Source: Octopus sinensis
Taxonomy: Eukaryota
Direction: 5' to 3'
DNA: 64,000 bases
Assembly (NCBI RefSeq): GCF_006345805.1
Contig: NC_043000.1
Location: 132,060,001 to 132,124,000, forward strand
Under the pieces are notes generated by a model, which saw only the letters and a program-made list of their open reading frames with translations, had not been told where the DNA came from and ran no database searches. Below are positions 50,936-64,000 of the stretch, one piece after another. The position numbers and the translations under genes are program-made. How positions within the stretch are numbered: the stretch's first letter is position 1; each line of letters starts with the position of its first letter.

Positions 50936-52035
50936 GATAAAATATTGGCTTGTCTGACAAATTAATTTTTTCCCCCTACTTGGTACCCCATCGGCATATG
51001 TTTTAAAAGAAGTACTATTTATTCAAATTTCAAAAACGATAAACGAAAGTCGTAAAGAAAGAATAGTGCTAAAAAAATCTATAAAACATACGATAAAAAT
51101 ATCTTTCGTGTTAATTCAACTAATATTGAAAAGGATTTAAATAAATATGAAAACAAAAAACAACGAATTTATCTGACAAGCCAATATGAAAATAAAACCT
51201 TAATTAGTTTTATTAGTCGTAATTTGCACCCACGTTGTTGTGAGCTTTAAAAAAAATTATTTCTTGAAGAAATCGTCCAGTGAACAATTATCCGAAGACA
51301 ATTATCAAGGAGCACTTGTTCTATATAGAAAAATTTTCAAGGGAAATTGTCAGAGGGCAATTATCTTAGAACACATAAAGATCGTTGCACCTACTCGATG
51401 TATTTTTTAAAACAGTAAAGACTCTAGATCTTTGTGACATACTTAAGTTGAGAAGAGGCAATTTTTAAACATTTTCAACATAAAAATTGTCTTGTGACTG
51501 AATAGTCTTAAAGACCAGCGTATCTTTTGAAAACCTTTAGCACACACTCTAATGACAAATTTAAATCATGAGTTGCAAGAATTCCCAGTTTAGGTCTATT
51601 GGAAACTTTAGGAATGTCGGTTCCATTAAAAAAGTATTCAATACTATAATTTTCTCATTCAAGATGTAAAACATTTAAGAATACCAAAGACAAGTTTACC
51701 TTTTGAACTTACAAGAATACTCGCTGGAGATCAAAAATTAGATTTATATAGGCTGCATTTTTATTAACAGAGTAGAATTTTGCCACATCTTCATACAATT
51801 ATAAATTAGAAAAAACTTTGCTTATCATTTATATAAATTAAGAAAAATACTGGCCTAAGAAGGTTACCTTATGGATTCCAGTTGAAAGTGGAGCGAAAGT
51901 AACGAAGCAATCTTCAATACGAACAGTTTTCTGTTTTCGAAATAGTCTTTGAAACATGATATACGTTTACCTTTAATTCCTAACAGTTTAATACTCGTTT
52001 ATTACTGTTCTTTTTTTAATATTTTAACTCATGTC

Positions 52036-52255
52036 CATTGTCCGGAAATCTTTCGTCATACACCTGTAACCTCTTCAGCGACACTTTTCATTTTCGCGTG
52101 TATTCTTGCTCCACTTATTCCATTTTGATCAGAATGGAGTTCTCTATTCCGTTCTGTTCAGAACAGAATAGAGTAAGTGGAGCAAGCGCACACACGAAAA
52201 GGAGAAGTGTCGCAGAAGAGGTCACAGATGTGTGACGAAAGATTTCCGGACAATG
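52036..52255. repeat. ~220-bp imperfect fold-back
   Basis: ~83-bp arms CATTGTCCGGAAATCTTTCGTCA… / …TGACGAAAGATTTCCGGACAATG with about 10 mismatches. Confidence 0.85.
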
Positions 52256-53379
52256 AACGAGTTACAATACAAAAAAATTTTTAAACTATAATAAACTAGT
52301 GAAGAACAAATATATGGTGCGTGTGTTTATTTGGCAAAAAAAAATGACAGTCCAGAAATACAGCAATATCTGTTTCGATACACGAGTTCACATCAGAAAT
52401 CTTGCAACAAAAATTGATAAACGTAAGTTTAATACTCATGTCACCGTATTTCTATGGAAATATATTACTTATGTTTCAGCTGATTTTGAAAATAATGCAG
52501 CATTTAGTAAAGTAACTTCATCGTTATTAAGCTGGTGTTTGAAACATATATTAACTTGTAATTCTGATGTAAAATTATAATTTAGATGGCTTTAAACTGA
52601 AATTTTGTCATATAGCTTATCGAGAATTTCAAGCTGGTTAAATCAGTTTTTGGTGGAATATGTTGTCAAAGGATTTTGGTATATCTAAATAAATAACAAC
52701 TTTGAAATCCTGGCCAATTAAAACAGTCCGTTCACTAAAACATTATAGAAATTATAATACTGTAGCTTTTTTACTCATTAAGTCATGCCAACATTCAGAA
52801 ATTAATGTGTTTGTATTAAAATATTCAGTCAATTTTTTCTCGTATAATAGATTCCATTACTTTACTAGTTGAATAGAATGGTAATTTTTCAGTTTAATCT
52901 GATGAGTCTGGGACGTGTGAGTGTGTGTGTGTGCGCGCATTTGTTTGAGTTTGTGTGAGTGTTTGTATGTGTATGTTTTCGTGCGTGTGTATATATATGT
53001 ATGCGGCGTGCGTGCGTAAATGTGTGCGTGAAAGTGTGTGTGCGCGTGCGTGTGTGTGTGTGTGTGTGTATGTGTACGTGTGTGTAATTCGGGGTGACTT
53101 TTGAAATCTCCCACATGCCAGATATTTTACCTGTTTTTCAAGAAATTATTCCGAACACGTTTCATAATGGTTCGGCAATACAATATACACAATATTTCTT
53201 CAAAATGGTTGAGGAATATCATCAATTTCAATTGCAAATTTAGAAAACAATTTTATAATACGCTCGGATTCAGTATCGCCACGAAGCAAGACGTCACTTA
53301 CAGTTGCATTTACATCATTAGCGCCATTCAATTTCTCTACTTGAAATAAAAACAGGAGCATATATATGTGTGTGTACGT

Positions 53380-53447
<68 letters not shown>

Positions 53448-56400
53448 ACGTACGTACGTACGTGTGTGTGTGTGTGTGTGTATCTATATTCTTTGATTCT
53501 TTTACTTGTTTCAGTTATTTGACTGCGGCCATGCTGGAGCACCGCCTTTAGTCGAATAAATCGACCCCAAGACTTATCTTGTGTAAGCCTAGTACTTAGT
53601 CTTTTTTTTTTGCCCGAACCGCTAAGTTACGTGGACGTAAACACACCAACATCGGTTATCAAGCGATGGTGAGCAGACAAACATAGACGCACAAACACGT
53701 ACATATGTGTGTGTGTGTGTGGTGGTGGATCTTGCAGGCATGAAATGGATTCGATCCACCATAGCCAAATTTAAATTAACACTTCAACAGAACTTTTCTC
53801 ACGGTGGAACACTAGTTTTTCGGTGACAGCGGTTTTACATTTTCTAGATTGCCTTAGCTAGGCCGAAATAATGAATTCACCACTTGACCTTTTTAACCTC
53901 TTCTACTTCACCAAAAGCTAGAATAAAGATAACAAGACCACCAACTAAATCCATTGTTCTCAACGATATGTCTATCCTTCTGGATAGTTATAAAAGCAAG
54001 AACCCCAAGCAAAAATCACTTGGCTCGTGACAACTCAATCGGTTAGTTAATGAATGATAACTCGAGTCAGAGACAGCTACCATCAGTTAGGGAGCGGAAC
54101 ACTAGAACCATGATCACAAGCAAGGCAGCTACTAAAGACAATGGTCAAATGGAGAAATGAAATTTACTGTCAGCAGCTATGAGACCCAACTTTCCACACT
54201 CTCACTTTATCTTCTCTGCACATTACCATATCTCTCCCTGTGGTTTACTACAATAAGAACACACAGGCTGAAATTAATTTTTTTACTTCGCACGCTCTAG
54301 GATTTTATTACCTGCCCGTCAAATCAAGGTATATTTGATGTAACGGTAAATAAATATTTTCTTCACAACTTCAATCACTGTTCTTTCATCTTTACATAAT
54401 GGCAATTAGTGCAGAACCAATCCTTTACAAACAGATTACATTCTATCCTGCTGTGTATCAACTATCGTTTTTCATATTATTGTTTACTATATACATATAA
54501 CCTCTACTACATTGATTCAAAAGAAAAGAGTATTCTTTGACAGCATTATATTGCACTCAAATATTAAATCTGGGACTTTATTTACAATGCTTTTAGAATA
54601 AAAAAGAATGAATTTAATCCATCTAATCAAGTATTCAACTCAAGATTGGATTTCTTTATCATTAACTCTATTTCCAATTCCACCGTGCTAACTTTCTTTA
54701 AAAGCCATTTTGCTTTCATTGGAATATTTCACTGTGACTTCTAAGTTGCAAAATGAAGACAAATCTTCAAATTATGAGAAAGACTACACTGATGATGATC
54801 AAAATCCTTCAAGCACTTTGCCTCACTTACTTCTATATCAGATCATACCGTTCGAATATTTAATTCATCATCATCATCATCATCATTTAACGTCCGCTTT
54901 CCATGCTAAATATATATTTAATTCAATATACTTATGCACTTTATTTTTTTAGTTGAATAGCTTGTTTATTTGAACTGTTAAATTTGAAAGATTCACACAG
55001 GTACAACAAAGCGGGGAAGAAGATAGATGACAAAGGAAAAGAAAGGAGAGGGGAGAAAGGCGGAGCAAAGTAGCGGAAGACAGAGGGGGAAGGGCTGAGC
55101 TGCTTTGTAAAATAGATACTTAATTCATCATCATCATCATCATCGTTTAACGTATGCTTTCCATGCTAGCATGGGTTGGACGGTTCAACTGGGGTCTGGG
55201 AAGCCCGAAGGCTGCACCAGGCCAGTCAGATCTGGCAGTGTTTCTACAGCTGGATGCCCTTCCTAACGCCAACCACTCCGTCAGTGTAGTGGGTGCTTTT
55301 TATGTGCCACCAACACAGGTGCCAGACGAGGCTGGCGAACAGCCACGCTCGGATGGTGTTTTTTTTTACGTGCCAATTCATATACTTCAAAATATCTGTT
55401 GAACATTCCAAGGCACATTTTTATAATTATATGTATATAGTGAGCATGTTAATAAAAGTTATTATGCATTCCTTTTATTTGTAATGTTGTAAATATTTAA
55501 TATGTATAATATATATATAGGCAGGAACACATCAGGCACCCAAAAATAAGTTTGACACAGTTCGCTAAAATACATGCAGTCATTTTCATCAATTTTATTT
55601 ACGTTATCGATAAGCCGGAAATAAACTCTGTGCTCAACACGAATGTATATACGAACAACGTACTTATGCTCTGATCGTCCTGTAAGGAAGGAACTACTCA
55701 TATCTTTTCCACAGATGTTGACTTACAAAGGTTTAAGAGGAACATTAATGGCATCATTCTCACTGGTCTACAAGGGCCTATACAGATCAAGCCATGAGCA
55801 CTGAACTTTTTCACAGACCCAGGAAGTAAAAAAACAAAGGCATAAGAACAAAACAATGATAACGTAATCAAGTTGAAATAGAATCCTGAATTAGAGGCTT
55901 CAATTGTTTAATAACAATGCAATGTACAGAATATTGACAAGCAGGAGACAATCTTTGATTCTCATTTAATAATCATAGAAATATAGAGCAATTTTAGAAT
56001 GGCAAAAAGGCTGTTTACACACACACACACACAAGCACACAAACAAACACACACATACAATCTGCTGTAAATTTGTTGTTTCATTTTATATAATTTGTAA
56101 CATGGGAAAATATATTAGAAATCATAAGTAGCAAGAACTTTATTTATTATAATTATCATTATTAATATTATCAGCATTATTTTTACAGTCAATTCCACTT
56201 AATTACATACTGGATAATTACATAATTTGGTTAATTGCATAACATTACAAGACAACAAATTATTCACCATCAAATCCATAAAAAATTGAATAATTAATTC
56301 TATATGCAAAGTCAATTTCAGTTAAGTGCACAATTTTTACTGATTTTTAGAAAAAAAAAATGGTAAAATGTTGCATACGACTGACCATTTATAATATATA

Positions 56401-57462
56401 ATAAGATAATGAATGTGATCCTGGGACCCTGTATTTCCATACTGAGTTAAATGACAGATTCATGGTTCCAAATTAGTCAAATATATTCAATGTATGTTTA
56501 CTATTCCATATCAAATTTCAGATCCCAGTTCAATTTCATTTATTTTTTTATCAATTGCATGATAAATTTCTTCCATAAATCTTTATTGTAGATAAAATTT
56601 GTAAAAAGTTTGTTTTATATAAATAAAGTGACGACTACACACTCTTTTGTTTTCATTATTGACAAAATTAGTCAATGACTGGCCTAATTAATTAACCTGC
56701 AAACCTTTAAATGTAAGTATGTGCAAATTGAAAATCACTGTCTATACACAAGAATCTATCTAAGTTTGAATAACTGAAGAACATCATTGCATGAAGTCCA
56801 AGTTATTTTCTTATAGTTTTTGAGAGGATAGACAGAGTAGAACGTAAGTAAATTATATAGATACAAAACATACTGTAAGTAAATAAAGTTTTATTATATA
56901 AACCATACACATGTAACATATCCACAATATCTTAAGACTGATAATATACTGAAATCTTGCACTTTGTCATCTACCACACAAATTTGGTAAATTGTACAAG
57001 AATTCCATTCACTGAGGCTATGCAATTAAGTGGAATCAATTGAATTATTATTATCATAATAATTATTATTATTGTTAAATTTTTTTTAACATTACAAAAT
57101 AATTAAAAGTGTTAAACAATGTCAAGAAAGACAGGTAATGGACACCAGTTTGGATTAGTTTTGTTTTCTGTCAGTCTCCACTTCTTGATTTCTTTTTCTA
57201 AGTTAATTATTTCCTTCTTGGCTTTCCTCTATCATTAGTTCAGTCACTGCACTGATCAGACCATTGAAAGTTGTCAGCAATGACATTTATAATCATTCAT
57301 ATTACCTCTGGGAGCAATGAGAGAATGCAGCTGCTAAAGAACACAGCATTTGGTTTAAATCTTTCTTTTATCAATAATTCGTCGTAGCTTTTTTTTTTTT
57401 AACATTCATTGTTTTTTTTTTAAAGAGTTCATCCATTATTTTTTACTTTCTTGAAGATGATA

Positions 57463-57518
57463 TCAAGATGCAACCATCACAGGTTCTGCTGCCTTTTGCT
57501 TCTTTTCAGCAATTTTAT
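57463..57518 (-). CDS. CHMP6: CHMP6/VPS20 terminal coding exon
   Basis: tatttttcttag|AT completes D, then KIAEKKQKAAEPVMVAS*. The phase fits the previous exon, and the C-terminus resembles human '...ELVAAS'. Confidence 0.85.
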
Positions 57519-59122
57519 CTAAGAAAAATAGATAAATAAAAATATACACATGATTAAGGGTTAAAATTATAAATGCAAATAAAAACTTTAAATGATTTTG
57601 CTGTCTTTTGGGAGGGTCATTATACCAATAACAAAAACATGCACTGGTTCTGTTTCACTTCTTGTAATATTCTTATTAGTCAGTTCAAGGCAGTGAGCTG
57701 GCAGAATTGTTAGTACACTGGACAAAATGTTGTTGAGCATTTTGTCCATATTTACATTCTGAATTCAAATTCTGCCAAAGTTGACTTTGCCTTTCATCCG
57801 TTTGGGGACAATAGAATAAAGGACCAGTTAAGCACTGAGATTGAGGTAATCAACCAAATCCTTCCCATACTATTGCTGGCCATGAGTCAAAATTTGAAAC
57901 CATTATTATTAGTCAAGTTGTTAATATTATTTAACCAATAAACTTAGTCAATTGTTTGGCTGATCATTCAGTCAATCAATCAATCAGCTATTTTTGTCAA
58001 AGTTCTTTCACCATCATTCACAACTTCATCAATGATATCCTCTCTCTGTTCTAGGTCTAACTAGTCATCATATCACATAATACTATGATGAGTTGTCATT
58101 GTTTAACCTAGGTCAATACTGATCTAGCAAATCTTTATTCCAACCATGACCATCCCATTTTCTATTCAGACATAAAGTATCTAAAACTATGCAATTTTTT
58201 TAGAATGCTAGATTTAAAAATTTAGCTGCTATTTTTAGCAGGTTGAGCACTACATAGAAACTTCATCCTGGTCCAATGGTTGCCTTTTATTCAGACATAA
58301 TATATCTAGAACTGCATAATCTACTATGGACTTCTTCTTTTATAATGGAAGAGTAATGTTTAAAGGGAATTTAGCTGCTATTTTTAGCAAGTTGAACAAC
58401 CACATAGAAGCTTATTTCCTGGCACTATGGTGGTTGATGTTTAGTCCCAAGTCAAGACTGACTGAACAAACCAATGATCAAAGATATTTCGGTAGTGATT
58501 ATTTCATCTTTTTAAAAATATATAAGATTGCATTATCCAGTATGTTCTCTCCCAAGATATGAGGACATGATGTAAAGGAAATTTGGCAGTTATTTTTAGC
58601 AAGTCAAGCTAGGAGGATGCTAGTTTGTTACAGGTAACAACCCAGCTGATGCTATAGCTGCCTTCTGTAGCTATGTTAACTGAAACAGTGCATCAATCTC
58701 TAATAGAGTTATTCTGTTATCTGCTTACAACATATGCATGGAACTTACAAAAAAATAAAGAAGTTACAAACTATGAGTGGTTAGTTCAATCCTGAGCCAT
58801 TTCCATTATACTTTGCGATGTTTAGAAGTGGAATTTGACATTTTATAATTGTTTCTTTGGCTGAGATAGAAAGACAGCTTCCTCTTTCAATGGATGGATA
58901 TAGATGTAAGGACAGGGAATATACAAGCAAGGAGGGAAGAAAGTAAACATGCAAAGTGAGTGTAGCTGTAGATGATGTTGTTGTTATCATCATCATCATT
59001 TGGAAAATTCTATAAAATTAGTGTACAAAAAAGCAAGATTATGTTACTAAAAGTCATATTAAGTAGGTCTAAACGGAGAACAAGAAACCAAGTTTTTATG
59101 AAATCATTTTTCTTTTCTATAC

Positions 59123-59201
59123 CTTCCAGCTTATCTTCTGGTACATCTGGCAACTGAATGTCTTCAGGTAATTCTTCTTTCTTTGCAGGTTCAACGTCTG
59201 C
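59123..59201 (-). CDS. CHMP6: CHMP6/VPS20 penultimate exon
   Basis: ttttgttttacag|ADVEPAKKEELPEDIQLPDVPEDKLE-G|gtatag. Contains the LPDVP MIM2-like motif; ends in phase 1. Confidence 0.88.
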
Positions 59202-59763
59202 CTGTAAAACAAAATGCTTAATGTTTAGTTCCAGAAATGGTTTGAACCAAAAACTTAATAAAATTTTAACATAGAATGTTCAGGAGAAATAAATACAGAA
59301 AAAAAGATTAAATAAAATTAAATACATGCTTTATCATAACAAACAAATTAACAGTTTTGTTATATGAAAACCTTCATTTTTGTTCAGTTAAATGGCCTCT
59401 CCTCTTTACAGCTAATATTGATTTCATTTCTAACTCTCTCCTAACTGTGAGTAGCCATGTAGCACTCCTACAACAAGAACTTGATCTGCTCCACCCTTTT
59501 CTTGCATACATTAACCTTCATCTAATATAAAGCTCCTGTCCACAAGTTTTGTTGGCATGCAAGCTGTATAGCAACCTCACTAGAGCAGGTGGCACCAGAA
59601 AAGCACCAGTTCACACTGTAAAGTGATTGGCATTAGGAAAGGCATCCAGCTGTAGAAACTATGTCAAAACAGACAAGAGCATAATGTAGTCCTTGGACAC
59701 TCTGGATCCATTCAAACCATCCAACTCATGCCAGTAAGAAATATGGACATTATATGATGATAA

Positions 59764-59809
<46 letters not shown>

Positions 59810-60329
59810 TGTGTGTGATGTGTGTGTAAAAGAGGTAATTTAACTGAACAAAAATGACAGTATAATTCCTCCTCCTCATCATCATTTAACGTCCTCTTTC
59901 CATGCTGGCATGGGTTGGACAGTCTGACAGGAGCTGGCCAGGAAGGAGCGTGTGCCATGTTTTGGCATGGTATTTACAGCTGGATGCCCTTCCTAACACC
60001 ATCCACTCCATAGAGTGAGCCGAGTGCTTTTAATGTGGCATTCACACAGGCGAGGTATTTTTGACATGATTTTTACAGCTGAATGCCCTTCCACACACCA
60101 ACTACTTTACAGCATGGACTGCATGCTTTTTAAGTGGCATCTGCACTGCCAGGGTCACCAAGTAACTTTGTAAAACAAGGAATCTCTGAGAGGGCAGGGA
60201 GCATATAATTCTAGATATAAAATAGCATTTTCTTGAGTGAAGTCTAAGTTTATTCAGTGTACATGCATTCAAACTAAAGTATTACAATAATCCACTTCAA
60301 ACAATTCTTTCATAATTTTCAGTATATAC

Positions 60330-60640
60330 ATCATCATCATTTAACATCTGTTGCTCATGCTGGCATGGGTTGGACGGTTTGACTGGGATGGCACAATGGA
60401 AGGTTGAGCTAGGCTCCAATCTGATTTGGCATGGTTTTCTACGGCTGGATGCCCTTCCTAACACCAATCACTCTGAAAGTGTAATGGGTGTTTTTATGTG
60501 CCACCAGCACGGGTGCCATTTGCATGACACTGGTATCTGTCACAACTGCAATTTTGCTTGGCTTGATGGGTCTTCTTCTCAAACACAACATAATTCCAAA
60601 GGTTTTGGTCATTGCTTCCATAAGGCCCAATACACAAAAG
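60330..60640 (-). mobile_element. (GAT)n-tailed short retroposon family D (RTE-associated)
   Basis: Shared core catcatcatttaac…catgctggcatgggttggac…gctggatgcccttcctaac. Other copies at ~3960-4490, 5400-5750, 7620-7850, 55130-55380, 59560-59760, 59875-60190. Confidence 0.7.
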
Positions 60641-60939
60641 GAACTCAGCCACTTGCCTCCATATTTGTATGTATAAAATATTACAATCAACTCATTCAAC
60701 CTTTAATAAATTATTTTGTTCAATTTATCCCCTATATATTATTTATGATTGACCAGCTATAGTGTTATCTTTCAAACAGAAAACATCTGTATGAAGTCGC
60801 TGACTGGTAGTAACAATAAAAAAAATGTTAACACTCATTCAATATCAACGCAAAACAAAGCACAAATCATAGGTTTGTGATTTTCATGTACACAGAAAGA
60901 AAAATTTAATCTTTTTAAATGCTTTGAAATAAAACTTAC

Positions 60940-61020
60940 CTCTATAAGTGCATCCAGTTCAGCAAGGACATCGTCTTCATCCTCTTCCGTCAAACCACCA
61001 GCCAACAGTTCATCAATTTC
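60940..61020 (-). CDS. CHMP6: CHMP6/VPS20 internal exon
   Basis: cag|EIDELLAGGLTEEDEDDVLAELDALIE|gtaag, 81 bp. Matches the Snf7-family QIDELLAG..T.EDE.A..EEL segment. Confidence 0.92.
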
Positions 61021-61034
61021 CTGTAATTAAGATC

Positions 61035-61230
61035 ATAATGAAATTATTGTATATAGTGCTCAGGTGCACCACAACTTGTCAAAAGTGCATATAAAGTATA
61101 TGGAGTAATGTACAAATATCTGAAAAGTGAACAGTGTATGAGTCAGATACATGCTTGCGTGTGTATGGAGGGGAGAAAATCAGGTGTAGTGTTGGCGAAT
61201 CTCAGGAAGCATGGAAGTTTTGAAGGATAA
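61035..61230 (-). mobile_element. CR1/L2 3' UTR fragment in a CHMP6 intron
   Basis: High identity to 62940-63130. Confidence 0.75.
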
Positions 61231-61337
61231 ATCATTCAATACAGTAATTATTCCAGTGGTTATTCAGGAAATTATCATGGTACCCCCAATGACTTGAAGT
61301 TTACTGGACATGATGAGAACAATGAAACAGAACCAAC

Positions 61338-61403
61338 CTGTTGGTATTTAATGCCTTCTGCAGTTTCATCCATTATCTTTTCCACATCTTCAAGTGACAT
61401 TAA
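61338..61403 (-). CDS. CHMP6: CHMP6/VPS20 (ESCRT-III) internal exon
   Basis: tttcttttacag|LMSLEDVEKIMDETAEGIKYQQ|gttggt, 66 bp, phase 0/0. Resembles the CHMP6 segment VMSIEEVERILDETQEAVEYQR. Confidence 0.9.
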
Positions 61404-62318
61404 CTGTAAAAGAAAATAATAATATTAGCAAAGACAGCAATTAAATATCATTATCTTAAATGCAAGATATTGAAAAATATTTACATTTTACTTCAAACTG
61501 AAGAGGGCTGAAGTATATCAAATGAAATTTTTTCCTTAAAAAAGTAATATATCTTTTATCTTTTACTTATTTCAATCATTTGACTGTGGCCATGCTGGGA
61601 CACTGCCTTGAAGGGTTTTAGTCAAACAAATCGACCCCCTAGTTCTTATTCTCTCGGTTCCCTTGCTGAACTGCTAAGTTACAGGGGATGTAAACACACC
61701 AACACCGGTTGTCAAGCGGTAACAAGAAAATAACAAACAACATTTACAGAAAGGATAAACATTTGCAGTAATGATAAACATGGCATTGGATTCAAAAGAT
61801 GAAAGAAATTATTTCATCTATGCAAATGGTGCTATCATTTTATCTAATAATAATAATAATAATAATAAGAGAGCGGGATGGGCTACTCAAACTGAAGAAA
61901 TTTCTAACTGGGCTTCAACTACAAGGTCAAGCAGTGTTCATCTTGATATGAGATCACCATGTTGCACACATATGGTTGTGAAGCAAGTGCCTGGTATACC
62001 CTTATCAGAAGGGTAATCATGATGGGTATATTGGGCTTCATATATCTGCACCCCAGTGTCACTTTGATGACATGCATTGCTCTCTCACTCAATAACAATA
62101 ACAATGCTTTCTACCATAGACACAAGGCCTGAAGCTTTAGGGGAGGGGTCTAGTTGGTTACACCGACTTCAATGTTTCACTGGTACTTAATTTATTGACC
62201 CCCAAAAGGATGAAAGGCAAAGTCGACCGTGGCAGAATTTGAACTCAGAACATAAATACAGACAAAATGCAACTAAATATTTTGCCCAGCATGCTAATGA
62301 TTCTGCCAGCTCACTGCC

Positions 62319-62401
<83 letters not shown>

Positions 62402-62919
62402 CCTTTCTACTGGAAGCACAAGGCCTCAAATTTGGGAAAGGGATTAAGTTGATTATATTGACTCCAGTGTAACTGGTACTAATTTTATTGACCTCAAAAG
62501 GATGAAAGGGCAAGTTGACCTTGGCAGGTAAAGACAATCAAAACGCTGCTAAGTATTTTGCCTGGCATGCTAATGATTCTGCCAACTTGCCATCTAAATA
62601 ACAATAATAATAATAATAATAATGGTTTAAAATTTTGCCACAAGGGTAGTAATTTTGGAAGAAGGGATGAGTCAATGATATCGACCCCAGGGTTCAACTG
62701 GTATATATTTTGTTGACCCCGAAAAGATGGAAGGCAAAGTCAACCGCGATGGAATCTTAACTCAGAACGTAGCATTGGGCAAAATACCACTAAGCATTTC
62801 ATCCAGCGTGCTAACAATTTGCCAGCTTAATAATAACAATAATAAATAATAATAATAATAATAATTTGTCCCTGATTAAGACACAAGGCCAGTAACTCAA
62901 AAAGAGAGGGTTAGTCAAT

Positions 62920-63270
62920 ACAATAATAATAATAATAATAATGAAATTATTGTATACAGTGTTCAGGTGCACTACAACTTGTCAAAAAGTGCATATAAAG
63001 CATATGGAGTAATGTACAAATGTCTGGAAAGTGAACAGTGTATGAGTCAGATACATGCTTGCGTTTGTATGGAGGGGAGAAAATCAGGTGTAGTGTTGGC
63101 GAATCTCAGGAAGCACGGAAATTTTGAAGGATGCAGTGCTCCAACAACTAACAACTGATGCCAGCAGTTTGTTCCATACTTCAGCAACTCTTAGCGTGAA
63201 AAAATGTTTCCGAACGTCATGGGAGCTGTGCTGTTTTCTGACTTTGTAAACATGTCCATGGGTGTTACCC
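62920..63270 (-). mobile_element. CR1/L2 LINE 3' end with (ATT)n tail (related fragments at 61035-61230 and 4585-4780)
   Basis: Minus-strand remnant YKVRKQHSSHDVRKHFFTLRVAEVWNKL. The 3' UTR is near-identical to 61040-61230. Confidence 0.8.
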
Positions 63271-64000
63271 CAGTACTTGACTGCTTTTTTATTTTATCAA
63301 TTTTGGAGAAATAAAAGAGAAAGTGGGATTTGAACTCAGAAAATAAAGCACCAGAAGAAAACTACAAAGCATTTTTTTCAATACTATTATTCTTATTATT
63401 ATTTCTTGTACTTTAAAACGTGTTTCTTATCGACAATGGATTTAAAATTTGTCACAAGTAAACACCAAAGTAAGCTTTTGGAGAATTATAATTATAAACT
63501 AGCTTCAGCTGCCAATGTGAGACAGTTCATTGTGCTATTAACAGCACCTAGAAGTGCATGACCAACCCAACTTCACAGCTCTCTCTTCTGAAAGAAAATC
63601 TAAGAAATTGTATTTCCAGCTTTATAATGATAATTAGTTTAGGAAAACTTCACTCATCTGCTTATATCATATAAGGTGAGACATATGGCATGTGGGACTG
63701 GCAATGTCTGGTCAAGGCAGTGAGCTGGCAGAAACGTTAGCATGCCAGGCGAAATGCTTAGTGGTATTTCATTTGGCTTTATGTTCTGAGTTCAAATTCC
63801 ACCGAGGTTGCCTTTGCCTTTCATCCTTTTGGGATCGATAAATCAAGTACCAGTTATGCACTGGGGTCGATGTAATCGATGGGCAATAAAGAAATAAGGT
63901 GACTTTTATTGACAGACAGCAAGTGTAAATGAACCAATGAGGAAGCCTCTATGTAGTAACTAGATGTGCTAAAAATAACAGCCAAATTTTCTTCACATCA

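Noticed and set aside
63400-64000. Search for the next upstream CHMP6 exon
   Set aside because: No minus-strand segment resembling the expected 'EFAQIE.KV..GL..GN..L' exon; it presumably lies beyond the window.

Overview
AT-rich, microsatellite- and transposon-dense eukaryotic DNA. The repeat families and gene content point to a coleoid cephalopod, probably Octopus (inference). Three host genes are supported by manual splice reconstruction. (1) Minus strand: a membrane-anchored cupin/JmjC-like gene with exon 1 at 10720-11450 and exon 2 at 1027-1162; it continues off the left edge. (2) Plus strand: a complete two-exon TGF-beta ligand most like Nodal (38375-38717 + 44910-45832, 421 aa). (3) Minus strand: the last four exons of CHMP6/VPS20 (61403 to 57463). 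The Nodal-like intron holds a GC-rich, 5'-truncated CR1-type LINE with an uninterrupted 861-codon endonuclease/RT frame. The rest is tRNA-derived SINEs, RTE/R4/CR1 LINE remnants, mariner, hAT and Helitron derivatives, an LTR fragment, several fold-back palindromes, and a hammerhead-ribozyme-like motif with a long stem II. Most ORF-track entries are microsatellite or repeat artefacts.
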